NCBI RefSeq assembly: GCF_049337375.1
Contig: NZ_JBMPIV010000001.1
Source of the DNA: Nannocystis pusilla
GTDB lineage: Bacteria > Myxococcota_A > Polyangia > Nannocystales > Nannocystaceae
DNA: 64,000 bases
Direction: 5' to 3' (one strand)
Positions 54,348 through 62,866 of this stretch are shown piece after piece. Position 1 is the first letter of the stretch. Each line of letters starts with the position of its first letter. The position numbers and the translations under genes are program-made. The notes under the pieces were generated by a model. It saw nothing but the letters and a program-made list of their open reading frames with translations, searched no databases and had not been told where the DNA came from.

Positions 54348-55055
54348 TCAGGCCGCGCGGCGGAGCTCGAGGCCGAGTTCGCCGAGCATGAGGGCGGCGG
54401 ACAGGAGCAGGATCCAGGCGATCCAGCGGCGCAGGCTGTCGGGGTCGAGGTCGCCGGTGCGGCGGGCGCCGAGGTTGGCGCCGAGCAGGGTGAGCGGGGT
54501 GACGACCGCGAAGGCGGTGAGGTCGATCTGTCCTTCGAGGAAGGTGGCGACGCCGGCCGACAGCCCGGTGACGGCGCCGATCGCCATGTTGGTGCCGACG
54601 GCCACGGGCGGCGGGACGCGGGCGTAGCGGATCATGGCCGGCAGGCGCAGGCTGCCGAGGAGGAGGCCGACGAGGCCCGAGATCGCGCCGAGGACGGCGC
54701 CGACGACGACCTCGGCGAGGACGGCGAAGGTGCGCGAAGGGACATGTTCGGAAGGACCGGCGGGCTCGGGCCGGCGGCGCAGCATGGCGGCGCCGGTGAG
54801 CAGGAGGACGCCGGCGATGGCGGCCTTGAGGAGGCGAGCGTCGACGCTGCCGGCCCAGCGCGCGGTGGCGAAGGCGGCGACGGCCGAGGGCGCGCCGACG
54901 CTGGCCAGCAGCCACAGGCTGACGCGGCCGTCGCGGGCGTGGCGCCAGGTGCCGACGAGGGTGCCGGCGGTGGAGATGGCGAGGCTGGTGGCGGCCCCGG
55001 CGACGGGGCTGCCGAGGACGTAGACGAGGAGGGCCACCCGCAGCTGACCGAGCAC
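54348..55055 (-). CDS. sulfite exporter TauE/SafE family membrane protein
   Basis: Two TSUP half-repeats with Gly-rich TM helices (..GAISGLVGLLLGS..). A repeat-derived in-frame insert (PSEHVPSRTF) lies at 54733-54760. Confidence 0.7.
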   Translation of the reverse strand: MLGQLRVALLVYVLGSPVAGAATSLAISTAGTLVGTWRHARDGRVSLWLLASVGAPSAVAAFATARWAGSVDARLLKAAIAGVLLLTGAAMLRRRPEPAGPSEHVPSRTFAVLAEVVVGAVLGAISGLVGLLLGSLRLPAMIRYARVPPPVAVGTNMAIGAVTGLSAGVATFLEGQIDLTAFAVVTPLTLLGANLGARRTGDLDPDSLRRWIAWILLLSAALMLGELGLELRRAA

Positions 55056-55277
55056 GAGCCCGACGGTGGCGCCGATGTAGCTGAGGCCGAAGGAGACCAG
55101 CGCGATGAGCGCCAGCGCGAGGATCTCGGTGGAGCGCAGGCGCCGACGCTAACACGCGCGCGGCGAGTCCGGGCAGCCGCGCCGACGCGAGCGCCGGCAT
55201 GAGGTGGCGTTCATGATCGCAGCGTTCACGCCTCGCGCGCTGCGAGGCCGCGTGCATCGGCGTCGGCGCGAGCGATC

Positions 55278-56132
55278 GTGTCGGCGGTGAAAGCCGGGAG
55301 GCGGCTTGACAGGCGGGCGCGCGCGGGCGGACGCTGCGGCGGCGTGACGGAGCGCGGGGACACTGCGGCGGCGGAGGAGCTCGCAACGGGGCTTCCGGGG
55401 CCGACGAGGCCGCGCTGGGTGGTGATCCACTGGACGCCGGAGGCGCTCGGGCTGGTGCGGGCGATCGCGGCGGCCGAGCCGGCGCCGGAGCTGACGCTGA
55501 TCGGGCCGGCGCCGGCCGAGGCGGTCGCGGCGGCGCTGGCCGAGTTGCCCGCGGGACATGTCCAAAAGTACTGGCAGGGCTCGGCGAGCGGCGGGGTCGA
55601 GGCGCTGGCGCGCTTCTTCGCCGATACCGCCGGGCTGCCGGCGGCCGACGCGATCATCGTGCTGCCGCTGCGCGGCCACGGCGAGACCGACGCGTTCTCG
55701 CGCCTGGTGTGCACGGCGATCCTGCGCGCGTGCAAGGGCAAGCCGCCGCACGTGGTGGTGGCGGTCGAGGACCCGGAGGCGACCCACGAATTCGAGGGCC
55801 TGGGCGTGGCGACGATCTTCTACCCGGGCTTTTTGCGCGCGGCCCTGCTGGCCCACGCGTGCGTCGATCTCGGGGCGTTCCGCTTCATGCTGGCGCTGCT
55901 CGGCGGGCGCCTGCGCGTCGAGACCTGGTCGGTGCCGCCGGAGCTGCGCGCGGGGACGTTCCGCGAGGCCTGCCTGAACGTGGAGGTCGACCGCCGCGGC
56001 CGCCCGGTGACGCTGATCGGGCTGTTCGCGCCCGGCGAGGGCGGGCCGGACGCGATGCTGCTGAGCCCGCCGCCCGCCCGCCCGCTGCGCGACGCGAGCG
56101 CGCTGCTGGTGCTGACCGGAGAGGCCGAGTGA
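55278..56132 (+). CDS. RCK/TrkA-like regulatory protein (TrkA-N Rossmann + TrkA-C)
   Basis: ..HVVVAVEDPEATHEFEGLGVATIFYPGFLRAALLAHA.. (RCK-N) and a C-terminal ..VTLIGLF..LVLTGEAE segment (TrkA-C-like). Start uncertain. Confidence 0.5.
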   Translation: MSAVKAGRRLDRRARAGGRCGGVTERGDTAAAEELATGLPGPTRPRWVVIHWTPEALGLVRAIAAAEPAPELTLIGPAPAEAVAAALAELPAGHVQKYWQGSASGGVEALARFFADTAGLPAADAIIVLPLRGHGETDAFSRLVCTAILRACKGKPPHVVVAVEDPEATHEFEGLGVATIFYPGFLRAALLAHACVDLGAFRFMLALLGGRLRVETWSVPPELRAGTFREACLNVEVDRRGRPVTLIGLFAPGEGGPDAMLLSPPPARPLRDASALLVLTGEAE

Positions 56133-56233
56133 GGCGCGGGCAGCGGCGGCCGGACGGCGCGGCGGCGCGAGGCGAGCGCGCGGGCGGAGCGAGCTCGTCG
56201 CGGGCGCGGCGGGGCGTCTCGCAGCCTGGCCGT

Positions 56234-56300
56234 CGGGGCATGTTCTCGCGGACATGGCCGATCATGCCTGTCCTTTTAGGCATGTTCCTGCAGACAGGTG
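56234..56300. repeat. CATG-core 14-bp repeat array overlapping the start of the channel gene (ggggcatgttctcg cggacatggccgat catgcctgtccttt taggcatgttcctg cagacaggtg)
   Basis: The ATG codons of MFSRTWPIMPVLLGMFLQ are the CATG cores of successive repeat units. Confidence 0.85.
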
Positions 56301-58564
56301 CGGCGCGGGCGGGCGAGGCGATCGTGGTCCGCTTCGGCTCGGGGGCGAAGAAGGGCGGGTTCGACGTGACGGCGCACGCGCTGGCCGAGGCGGTCCAGGG
56401 CGAGGGGCGGGTGACGATCGCGCCGGAGGCGACCCGGGGCTCGTGCGAGAACGTCCACAAGCTGCTGTCGGGCGAGCTCGACGCGGCGCTGGTGCAGTAC
56501 GACGTGGCGGCGGAGGCGTTCAAGGCCGGGCTGGCCGACGCAGACGCGGGCGACAGCGCGATCCCGAAGGGCGGGTGGATGTGCAAGCTGTCGCCCGAGG
56601 AGGCCGACAAGGCCGAGCTGCGGGTGATCGCGGCGGTGTCCGACGCGGCGGTCCACGTGCTGGTGCGCCGACCGGTGCGCCTCGACGACTTCGCCGAGAT
56701 CGGCCGCGAGCCGCTGTTCATGGGCAAGGACGGCTCGGGCAGCTACGAGACGGCGAAGGTGATCCTCGGCGCGGCCGGCCACACCGCGGAGCAGCTGCCG
56801 CTGTTCACGGGCACGGCCGACGAGGCGCTGGCGGCGATGAGCCGGCGCGAGCTGCTGACGATGCTGCGGACCACCGAGCCCGGGCACTCGGAGATCCGCG
56901 ACGTGCTGGCGTCGGGCCTGGCGACCCTGAACCCGCTGCCAGAGGCGGTGCTGAACCGCCTGATCGACGGCTACCCGTATTACCGGATCTGCCCGATCGA
57001 GACCGGGACCTATCCGGGCCTCGAGTACAGCATGCCGACGGTGTGCGTGAGCTCGGTGGTGCTGGTGGCGACGCCGCGCGAGCGGGTCGAAGACGAGGCC
57101 TTCCTCGCCGACCGCCGGCTGGCGGTCGAGGCGATGATCCACGGGCTCAAGAAGCTGGCGCGCGACCCGAAGTACGCGAGCCTCAAGGTCCGCGTGGAGT
57201 GGCGCGGGTTCGCCGAGCGCGAGCCGATCCCGCTCCACCCGGTGGCGGAGCTGCACGAGACCAGCGAGCGCCGGCAGGCGTGGCTGCAGGGCGGAGCGTT
57301 CGCGGCGGCGCTCGGGGTGGTGCTGTACCTGGTGCGCCGGGCGCTGCGGCGGCGGCGGGTCCCCGGCGCGGGGATCGAGAGCCAGCTGTCGAACCCGCTG
57401 GTGCCGTTCGCGGCGTTCGCCTGCGTGGTGACGCTGTCGACGTTCATCGTCTGGTCTTTGGAACATGACTCGAACGCCAGGCTGCGGACGCTGAACGACT
57501 CGTTCTGGGAGATGAACACGTTCGCCACCGGCAACTTCACGACCGAGACGCTGAAGACGCCGACGGCGCGGCTGGTCGGGGCGGCGGCGACGATCCTCGG
57601 GCTGGGCCTTTTGGCGTGGTTCACCGCGACGCTGACGAACATCTTCGCGCAGGAGCAGACCCGGCTGTGGCGGCGGCTCAACCGGCACCTGGTGGTGCTG
57701 AACTTCCGCGAGGACATGCTGCCGCTGATCCGGCTGCTGCGCAGCCCGGGGCCGACGCGGCACAGGCCGCTGCACGTGGTGGTGTCCGACGCGCTGCCGC
57801 GGCGGGTGCGGCTGCAGCTGGCGCGGGTCAAGGCGCTGACGATCCACCACTCGAACCCGGAGGTGCCGGAGGACCTGGCGGGGCTGCGGCTGCCGCGGGC
57901 GTCGCGGGTGATCGTGCTCGGCGACGGCGACGGGTCGGGGGCCAGCTACGATCCGCTGCGGATCGCCCGCGCGGTCCATCAGGCGTGCGCGCGCGACCCA
58001 CTCGGCGGCGGGCAGCGGGCGCGGACGCTCGGGGTGGCGGCGACGTCGGTCGAGATCGCCCGCACCGCGCCGGCGCTGCCGGTGACCCTAGTCGAGACGT
58101 CGGAGGCGGAGCGCGAGGAGGTGTTCTCGCCGTTCGCGGCCTGGCTGGTGCCGGTCGATTGCCAGGCGCTGGCGCACCGCTGGCTGGTGATGGCGTGCCG
58201 CGACCGCGCCTTCGCGGAGCTGTTCAACCGCGTGGTGGCGTTCGCCGACGACAACGCCGAGGTCTACACGGCGCCGGCACCGACCTGGCTCATCGGACAG
58301 CCGTGGCGCAAGGCCCGACGCGCGTTGCTCGAGGTGCAGGGCCGCGGCGGCGCGGTGCCCCTGGGGCTGTATCGCGCGGCCGATCCGGGCGGCAAGGCGC
58401 CGGCCGGCGGGACATCGCACGCGGAGTTGCGGCGGCGGCTGATCGTCAACCCGCGGCCGGACGAGACGCTGGTGCCGGGCGACCTGATCGTGGCGCTGTG
58501 CGAGGACGAGGCCGACTTGGTGCGGATCGTGGCCGAGAGCCGCAAGGCCGCGGCGCCGAGCTGA
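56240..58564 (+). CDS. fusion protein: TAXI-family (TRAP-associated) periplasmic solute-binding domain + two-TM ion-channel pore + C-terminal RCK-like domains
   Basis: ORF 55709-58564, start placed at MFSRTW (signal peptide). TAXI signature (..VRFGSGAKKGGFDVTAHALA..TRGSCENVHKLLSGELDAALVQYDVA..). Pore module TM1-pore helix-TM2 (..FIVWSL..NDSFWEMNTFATGNFTT..GAAATILGLGLLAWFTATLTNIF). RCK-like (..HVVVSDALP..VIVLGDGDGS..). The ORF's upstream 177 aa are Arg/Gly-rich, not coding-like. Confidence 0.65.
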   Translation: MFSRTWPIMPVLLGMFLQTGAARAGEAIVVRFGSGAKKGGFDVTAHALAEAVQGEGRVTIAPEATRGSCENVHKLLSGELDAALVQYDVAAEAFKAGLADADAGDSAIPKGGWMCKLSPEEADKAELRVIAAVSDAAVHVLVRRPVRLDDFAEIGREPLFMGKDGSGSYETAKVILGAAGHTAEQLPLFTGTADEALAAMSRRELLTMLRTTEPGHSEIRDVLASGLATLNPLPEAVLNRLIDGYPYYRICPIETGTYPGLEYSMPTVCVSSVVLVATPRERVEDEAFLADRRLAVEAMIHGLKKLARDPKYASLKVRVEWRGFAEREPIPLHPVAELHETSERRQAWLQGGAFAAALGVVLYLVRRALRRRRVPGAGIESQLSNPLVPFAAFACVVTLSTFIVWSLEHDSNARLRTLNDSFWEMNTFATGNFTTETLKTPTARLVGAAATILGLGLLAWFTATLTNIFAQEQTRLWRRLNRHLVVLNFREDMLPLIRLLRSPGPTRHRPLHVVVSDALPRRVRLQLARVKALTIHHSNPEVPEDLAGLRLPRASRVIVLGDGDGSGASYDPLRIARAVHQACARDPLGGGQRARTLGVAATSVEIARTAPALPVTLVETSEAEREEVFSPFAAWLVPVDCQALAHRWLVMACRDRAFAELFNRVVAFADDNAEVYTAPAPTWLIGQPWRKARRALLEVQGRGGAVPLGLYRAADPGGKAPAGGTSHAELRRRLIVNPRPDETLVPGDLIVALCEDEADLVRIVAESRKAAAPS

Positions 58565-58809
58565 CGGCGCCGCGCGCGACGCGGGGCTCGAGCGATGCAG
58601 AGCGGTGCGCGTCGTCGGGCCACGCCTTCGTTCTCGGCGTCGGCGGGTCTGCAGGCCGCGGAGGCGACGTGTACGTGCTTCAAAGCGCGAGCGCGGGCGC
58701 GATCGACTGAGGCGAGGAAGTCGCGCGATCGCTACGCGGCCCGTCGACCCCACGAGCGGGCGCGAGTCGCCCGGCGCGCGCCGGTTGACTGCGGCGGCGG
58801 TCAGGTCGT

Positions 58810-59979
58810 ATGCGGGACGGGATGCTGCCCTCTCGTGTCGTTCTCGCGTGGTCTTCCGTGCTCGTCTTCGGCTGCTACTCGGGCGTCGCGGAGGTGACCG
58901 AGAGCATCGGCGCGCCCGAGACCGCGAGCGAGGCGACGAGCACCGGCGCGAGCGCGGCGAGCAGCGGACCGGGGACGAGCGACGCGAGCGCGCCGGGCAC
59001 CGGCGAGGCGTCGACCGCGGAGGCGCCGACGAGCACGAGCGTCGCGGAGACGACGACCACGGGGCCGGACGAGGTGTCCTCGGGGCCAGGTCCGACCGAC
59101 GGCGGGACGTCCGGCGCGGCCTCGACGACCACCGGCGACGTCAGCACCACCACCGGCGAGCCGGTCGATCCGGCGGCGGAGGTGTGCGCGCGCTGGACGG
59201 CGGACCGGACGGACATGTCCGAAGGGACATGGAGCGGGGCGGTCGCCGGCTGTCAGGCGGGCGACACCGGCGCGCCGGGCCGCGACAACGCGCTCAAGCT
59301 GATCAACCTGTACCGCTGGCTGGCCGGGCTGCCGGCGGTCGGGCACGACGCCGGGCTCGACGCCAAGGCCCAGCAGTGCGCGCTGATGATGCACGCCAAC
59401 GGGCAGTTGTCGCACGACCCGCCCATGCAGTGGGACTGTTACAGCGCCGACGGGGCGCAGGCGGCGAAGAACAGCAACATCTCGTCGACGCCGGGCGTGG
59501 TCGCGGTCGACCTCTACATGGTCGACCCCGGCAACGCGACGACCTTCGGCCATCGGCGGTGGATCCTCTCGAACGGGCTCGGGCCGGTCGGGCTCGGGTC
59601 GACGGCCGTCAACTCGTGCATGTGGGTGATCGGCGGGCAGGGCGGCGGCGACGCGGCGTGGACGGCCTGGCCGCCGCCCGGGGTGGTGCCGATCGACGCG
59701 ATCCACGTGCCCGAGGTGCCGTGGGCCAACGTCGACGAGACGGGCTGGACGATCCAGAGCGACGCGATCGACCTCGGCGCGGCGCAGGTGACGATCCGCG
59801 AGGGCGGGGTCGACCTGCCGGTGAAGACGACGGCGCTCATGGGCGGGTTCGGCTCGGCCAGCGCGGTCGCCATGACGCCGCAGGGCTGGACCTCGGAGGC
59901 CGGCAAGACCTACACGGTCGAGGTGAACGGGGTGCCGCAGCCGTTCGGCTACGAGGTGCAGGTGGTCGCCTGTCCCTGA
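58810..59979 (+). CDS. CAP/SCP (PR-1-like) domain lipoprotein with Thr/Ser-rich linker
   Basis: VFGCYSG lipobox. CAP motifs (..NLYRWLAGLP.., ..GHRRWILS.., ..MQWDCYSA..). In-frame repeat-derived insert DRTDMSEGTW at 59218-59245. Confidence 0.7.
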   Translation: MRDGMLPSRVVLAWSSVLVFGCYSGVAEVTESIGAPETASEATSTGASAASSGPGTSDASAPGTGEASTAEAPTSTSVAETTTTGPDEVSSGPGPTDGGTSGAASTTTGDVSTTTGEPVDPAAEVCARWTADRTDMSEGTWSGAVAGCQAGDTGAPGRDNALKLINLYRWLAGLPAVGHDAGLDAKAQQCALMMHANGQLSHDPPMQWDCYSADGAQAAKNSNISSTPGVVAVDLYMVDPGNATTFGHRRWILSNGLGPVGLGSTAVNSCMWVIGGQGGGDAAWTAWPPPGVVPIDAIHVPEVPWANVDETGWTIQSDAIDLGAAQVTIREGGVDLPVKTTALMGGFGSASAVAMTPQGWTSEAGKTYTVEVNGVPQPFGYEVQVVACP

Positions 59980-60040
59980 GGGACATGTCCGAACGGGCAT
60001 GGCCGAACGGGCATGTCCCGACGAGCATGCTCGATCAGGC
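59978..60040. repeat. CATG-core 14-bp repeat array (agggacatgtccga acgggcatggccga acgggcatgtcccg acgagcatgctcga) starting at the CAP gene stop
   Basis: Four phased units, seen in sequence. Confidence 0.85.
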
Positions 60041-60496
60041 GGCCGCGACGCGGGTCAGGCGGACCTCGATGGCGCGCGTCTCCTCGCCGCTCGGCTCGAT
60101 GTTGGTGGCCTCGATCACGAGCTCGTCGCCGTCGCGGCGGAAGGCGGTGCGCCAGCCCCAGCGCTGGTCGCCGGCGCGGTAGCTGCCGAGGACCGCGATG
60201 GCGGGGCCCGCGGGCCCGGTCGACCACAGGGGGGAGGCGCCGGTGTGGAAGGTGTCGATCCAGTACAGGGTGTGCTCGTGGTCGTCGACGCCGAGGGTCA
60301 TCTCGCCGTGGTGCAGCTTGCCGGTGCACACGCCGTCGTAGCGGAGGCGCGCGTAGCGGCCGTCGAGCAGCGACTCGATCTGGACGCGCCAGTCGCCGAC
60401 GTCCGGCTCGCCTCCCGCGGGGTCGAGCCAGGTGCGCGCGGGGCCGGTCCATGAGCCTGTGAGTTCGGTGAGGGGGTGGGCCATGACGCCGGTCAT
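60035..60496 (-). CDS. hypothetical protein (about 150 aa)
   Basis: High GC3 ORF, no family recognised. Confidence 0.5.
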   Translation of the reverse strand: MTGVMAHPLTELTGSWTGPARTWLDPAGGEPDVGDWRVQIESLLDGRYARLRYDGVCTGKLHHGEMTLGVDDHEHTLYWIDTFHTGASPLWSTGPAGPAIAVLGSYRAGDQRWGWRTAFRRDGDELVIEATNIEPSGEETRAIEVRLTRVAAA

Positions 60497-60525
60497 AAGC
60501 GATCGGCGGCGGGCGATCCACCGGT

Positions 60526-61668
60526 GTGGGGAGTGCTACAGTGAGGGCGATGCGAGCGGTCCGCGGTGCGGTCGGGATGATGTGGCTCGGGCTCGGCGCG
60601 TGCCCGTCGCCGGTCACGAGCGGCGAGAGCGACGCGACGACGTCGAGCAGTTCGACGGAGACGGGCGCGCCCGCCGGGACGAGCGGGTCGAGCAGCTCGG
60701 GCGGGACGACGGCGGCGCCGACGACCACGGAGCCGGCGCCCGACGCCGGGATCGCGTCCCGCTGCGGTAGCGACAGCCCGGAGGCGCTGATGGACTGCGT
60801 CGATCCGGCTCGGTGGGCCGAGGACGTCGCGTTCATGGCCCAGTCGCGGCCGCCGGGATCGATCCACTGGCAGAAGGTGCAGGACCGCTGCGCGGCGGCG
60901 CTCGAGCAGGCGGGCTTCGCGGTGCAGCGCCAGGACTACGGGACCGGGATCAACGTGATCGGGACGCGCGAGGGCGCCGCGGCGGCGTCCGAGGTGGTGC
61001 TGCTGGCGGCCCACTACGATCACGTCAGCGGCTGCCCCGGCGCCGACGACAACGCGAGCGGGGTGGCGGGGGCGCTCGAGGTGGCGCGCGTGCTCGGGCA
61101 GGCGAGGCTGCCGCGCACGCTGATGGTGGCCTGCTGGGACGAGGAGGAGCTGGGGCTGCGCGGCTCGCGGGCGTTCGCGCAGACGTTCACGGGCGCGAAG
61201 CTGGCGGTGGCGTTCAACTTCGACATGATCGGCTACGCGAGCGCGGCGGAGCACTCGCAGATCTTCCCGGGGCCGCTGGCGGAGCGGTTCCCCGGGCTGG
61301 CCGACGAGCTGACCGCCAACAAGGGGCGCGCCGACTTCATCGCGGTGGTCGCCGACGCGTCCGCGGAACCGTTCGCGCTCGAGCTGGAGCGGCGGGCGGA
61401 GCGCCTCGGCCGGCTGACGGGGGTGATGACCCTGACGGACGCGGAGAAGCTCGACGACGACGCGTTCGGGGTGCTGAGCATGTCGGACCACCGCAGCTTC
61501 TGGGAGCGAGGGCTGCCGGCGCTGCACGTGTTCGACACCGGGGTGTTCCGCAACCCGGCGTATCACTGCACGGGCGGGCTCGACACTCCGGACAAGCTCG
61601 ACCACGCGTTCGCGGCCGACGTGCTCAAGGCGACGACGGCGGCGGTCGCGGCGGCTGCCGGCCTGTGA
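60526..61668 (+). CDS. M28-family zinc aminopeptidase lipoprotein with Thr/Ser-rich linker
   Basis: LGLGAC lipobox. Metal-ligand motifs (..AAHYDHV..ADDNASGVAG.., ..ACWDEEELGLRGS..). Start may be an internal Met (MRAVRG or MMWLGLG). Confidence 0.8.
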   Translation: MGSATVRAMRAVRGAVGMMWLGLGACPSPVTSGESDATTSSSSTETGAPAGTSGSSSSGGTTAAPTTTEPAPDAGIASRCGSDSPEALMDCVDPARWAEDVAFMAQSRPPGSIHWQKVQDRCAAALEQAGFAVQRQDYGTGINVIGTREGAAAASEVVLLAAHYDHVSGCPGADDNASGVAGALEVARVLGQARLPRTLMVACWDEEELGLRGSRAFAQTFTGAKLAVAFNFDMIGYASAAEHSQIFPGPLAERFPGLADELTANKGRADFIAVVADASAEPFALELERRAERLGRLTGVMTLTDAEKLDDDAFGVLSMSDHRSFWERGLPALHVFDTGVFRNPAYHCTGGLDTPDKLDHAFAADVLKATTAAVAAAAGL

Positions 61669-61677
61669 CCGCGCGGC

Positions 61678-62640
61678 TCAGCTCCACTGCAGGTCGAGGA
61701 CGAAGCGCCGCCACTCGCGCTCGAAGCGGGGCATGTCGCGGTGGCCGAGGACCTTCTGCAGGGTGACGTAGCCGCCTGGGTCGAGGTCGACGCCGGCGAC
61801 GAAGGCATGATAGTAGTCGCGCAGGCGATCGCGCTCCTGTAAATAATAGCAGAGGTAGCGGGCCTGGGCGTAATTGAGGCCGGAGCGCGCGCCGTAGAAC
61901 TCGTCGGAGCCGGTGGCGCACAGCTCGGCGAACGAGCGCAGGCGCCGGGCCCGGATGGCGGCCTGCAGCTGCGGCAGGCGCCAGTTGGGGTAGCCGACGA
62001 GCCGGCCGCCGTGCTCGCCGCATTGCTCGTAGAGCGAGGCGAGGCCCTCGTTGAACCAGGCGGGGCAGGCGGGGAAGTTGGCGGCCATGAACGGATGGAC
62101 GATCTCGTGGACGAGGGTGCCGCCGCCGGTGCCGATGTTCATGATCAGGGCGGCGTGCCGCGGCGAGTAATAGCCATAGGGGGTGTCGGGCTCCTCGCCG
62201 AACAACTCGCGGGTGTTGCGGCCGTAGCTGGCGCGGTCGGCGAACAGATAGACGTCGATGATCCGCGCCGGGTCGCGGGCGAAGTAGTCCTGCTTGAGCC
62301 GCAGCACCGACCCGTGAATCGTGCGATCGGCCCGCCGCTGGACCTCGGCGGGCGACTCGTCGCCGATGACGACGAAGGGCGGCTCGACGAGGACGGTGAA
62401 GCCGCGGTCGGCGTGGCGCTCGCGCAATTCGTCGGCACGGGCGTCGAGGGCGGCGCGACTGATAAGCGGCGGGCCGAGGGTCGAAGTTGCGACCGGGGGC
62501 GGGGGCGGACCGGGGGCGGGGAGCTCGGGCGCGGGGTCGGGCGCGAGCAGGCGAGGAGGAGGCGGCGCGGAGGTCGGGCGCTCGCCGCAAGCCCAGGCGC
62601 CGGCGGCGACGAGCCCGAGGGCGAAATCTCGGCGGTGCAT
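61678..62640 (-). CDS. putative zinc metallopeptidase lipoprotein (HExxH motif)
   Basis: ORF 61678-62835, start at MHRRDFALGLVAAGAWAC (lipobox). Motif ..GGTLVHEIVHPFM.. and a downstream Glu (..WFNEGLASLYE..) as in MA-clan peptidases. Confidence 0.55.
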   Translation of the reverse strand: MHRRDFALGLVAAGAWACGERPTSAPPPPRLLAPDPAPELPAPGPPPPPVATSTLGPPLISRAALDARADELRERHADRGFTVLVEPPFVVIGDESPAEVQRRADRTIHGSVLRLKQDYFARDPARIIDVYLFADRASYGRNTRELFGEEPDTPYGYYSPRHAALIMNIGTGGGTLVHEIVHPFMAANFPACPAWFNEGLASLYEQCGEHGGRLVGYPNWRLPQLQAAIRARRLRSFAELCATGSDEFYGARSGLNYAQARYLCYYLQERDRLRDYYHAFVAGVDLDPGGYVTLQKVLGHRDMPRFEREWRRFVLDLQWS

Positions 62641-62775
62641 GCAGCGGTAGAGCACGCACGTGCCGGGCCGATGGGTCTGGTGCGGCCGACGGCGTCGCGG
62701 GGGAGGATGGAGCAAGGGTCGACCTGCGCCTGGAGACGGGTCGATGCGGACGATGTCGCGCGAGGATCGACCTGT

Positions 62776-62845
62776 TCTCGGGGACATGTCCGCGATCGAC
62801 GCGGACGATGTCACGCGGGCTGTCCCGAGAGACATGTGGTTCGCC
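62776..62845. repeat. CATG-core repeat array (ggggacatgtccgcgatcgacgcggacgatgtcacgcgggctgtcccgagagacatgtggttc)
   Basis: Seen in sequence, between the metallopeptidase and MFS genes. Confidence 0.6.
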
Positions 62846-62866
62846 GCGGTCGGCGGCGCGCGACGG

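Noticed and set aside
55709-56239. N-terminal 177 aa of ORF 55709-58564 as part of the channel protein
   Set aside because: Arg/Gly-rich junk that overlaps the separate RCK gene in another frame. The real start is at the signal-peptide Met at 56240 within the repeat array.
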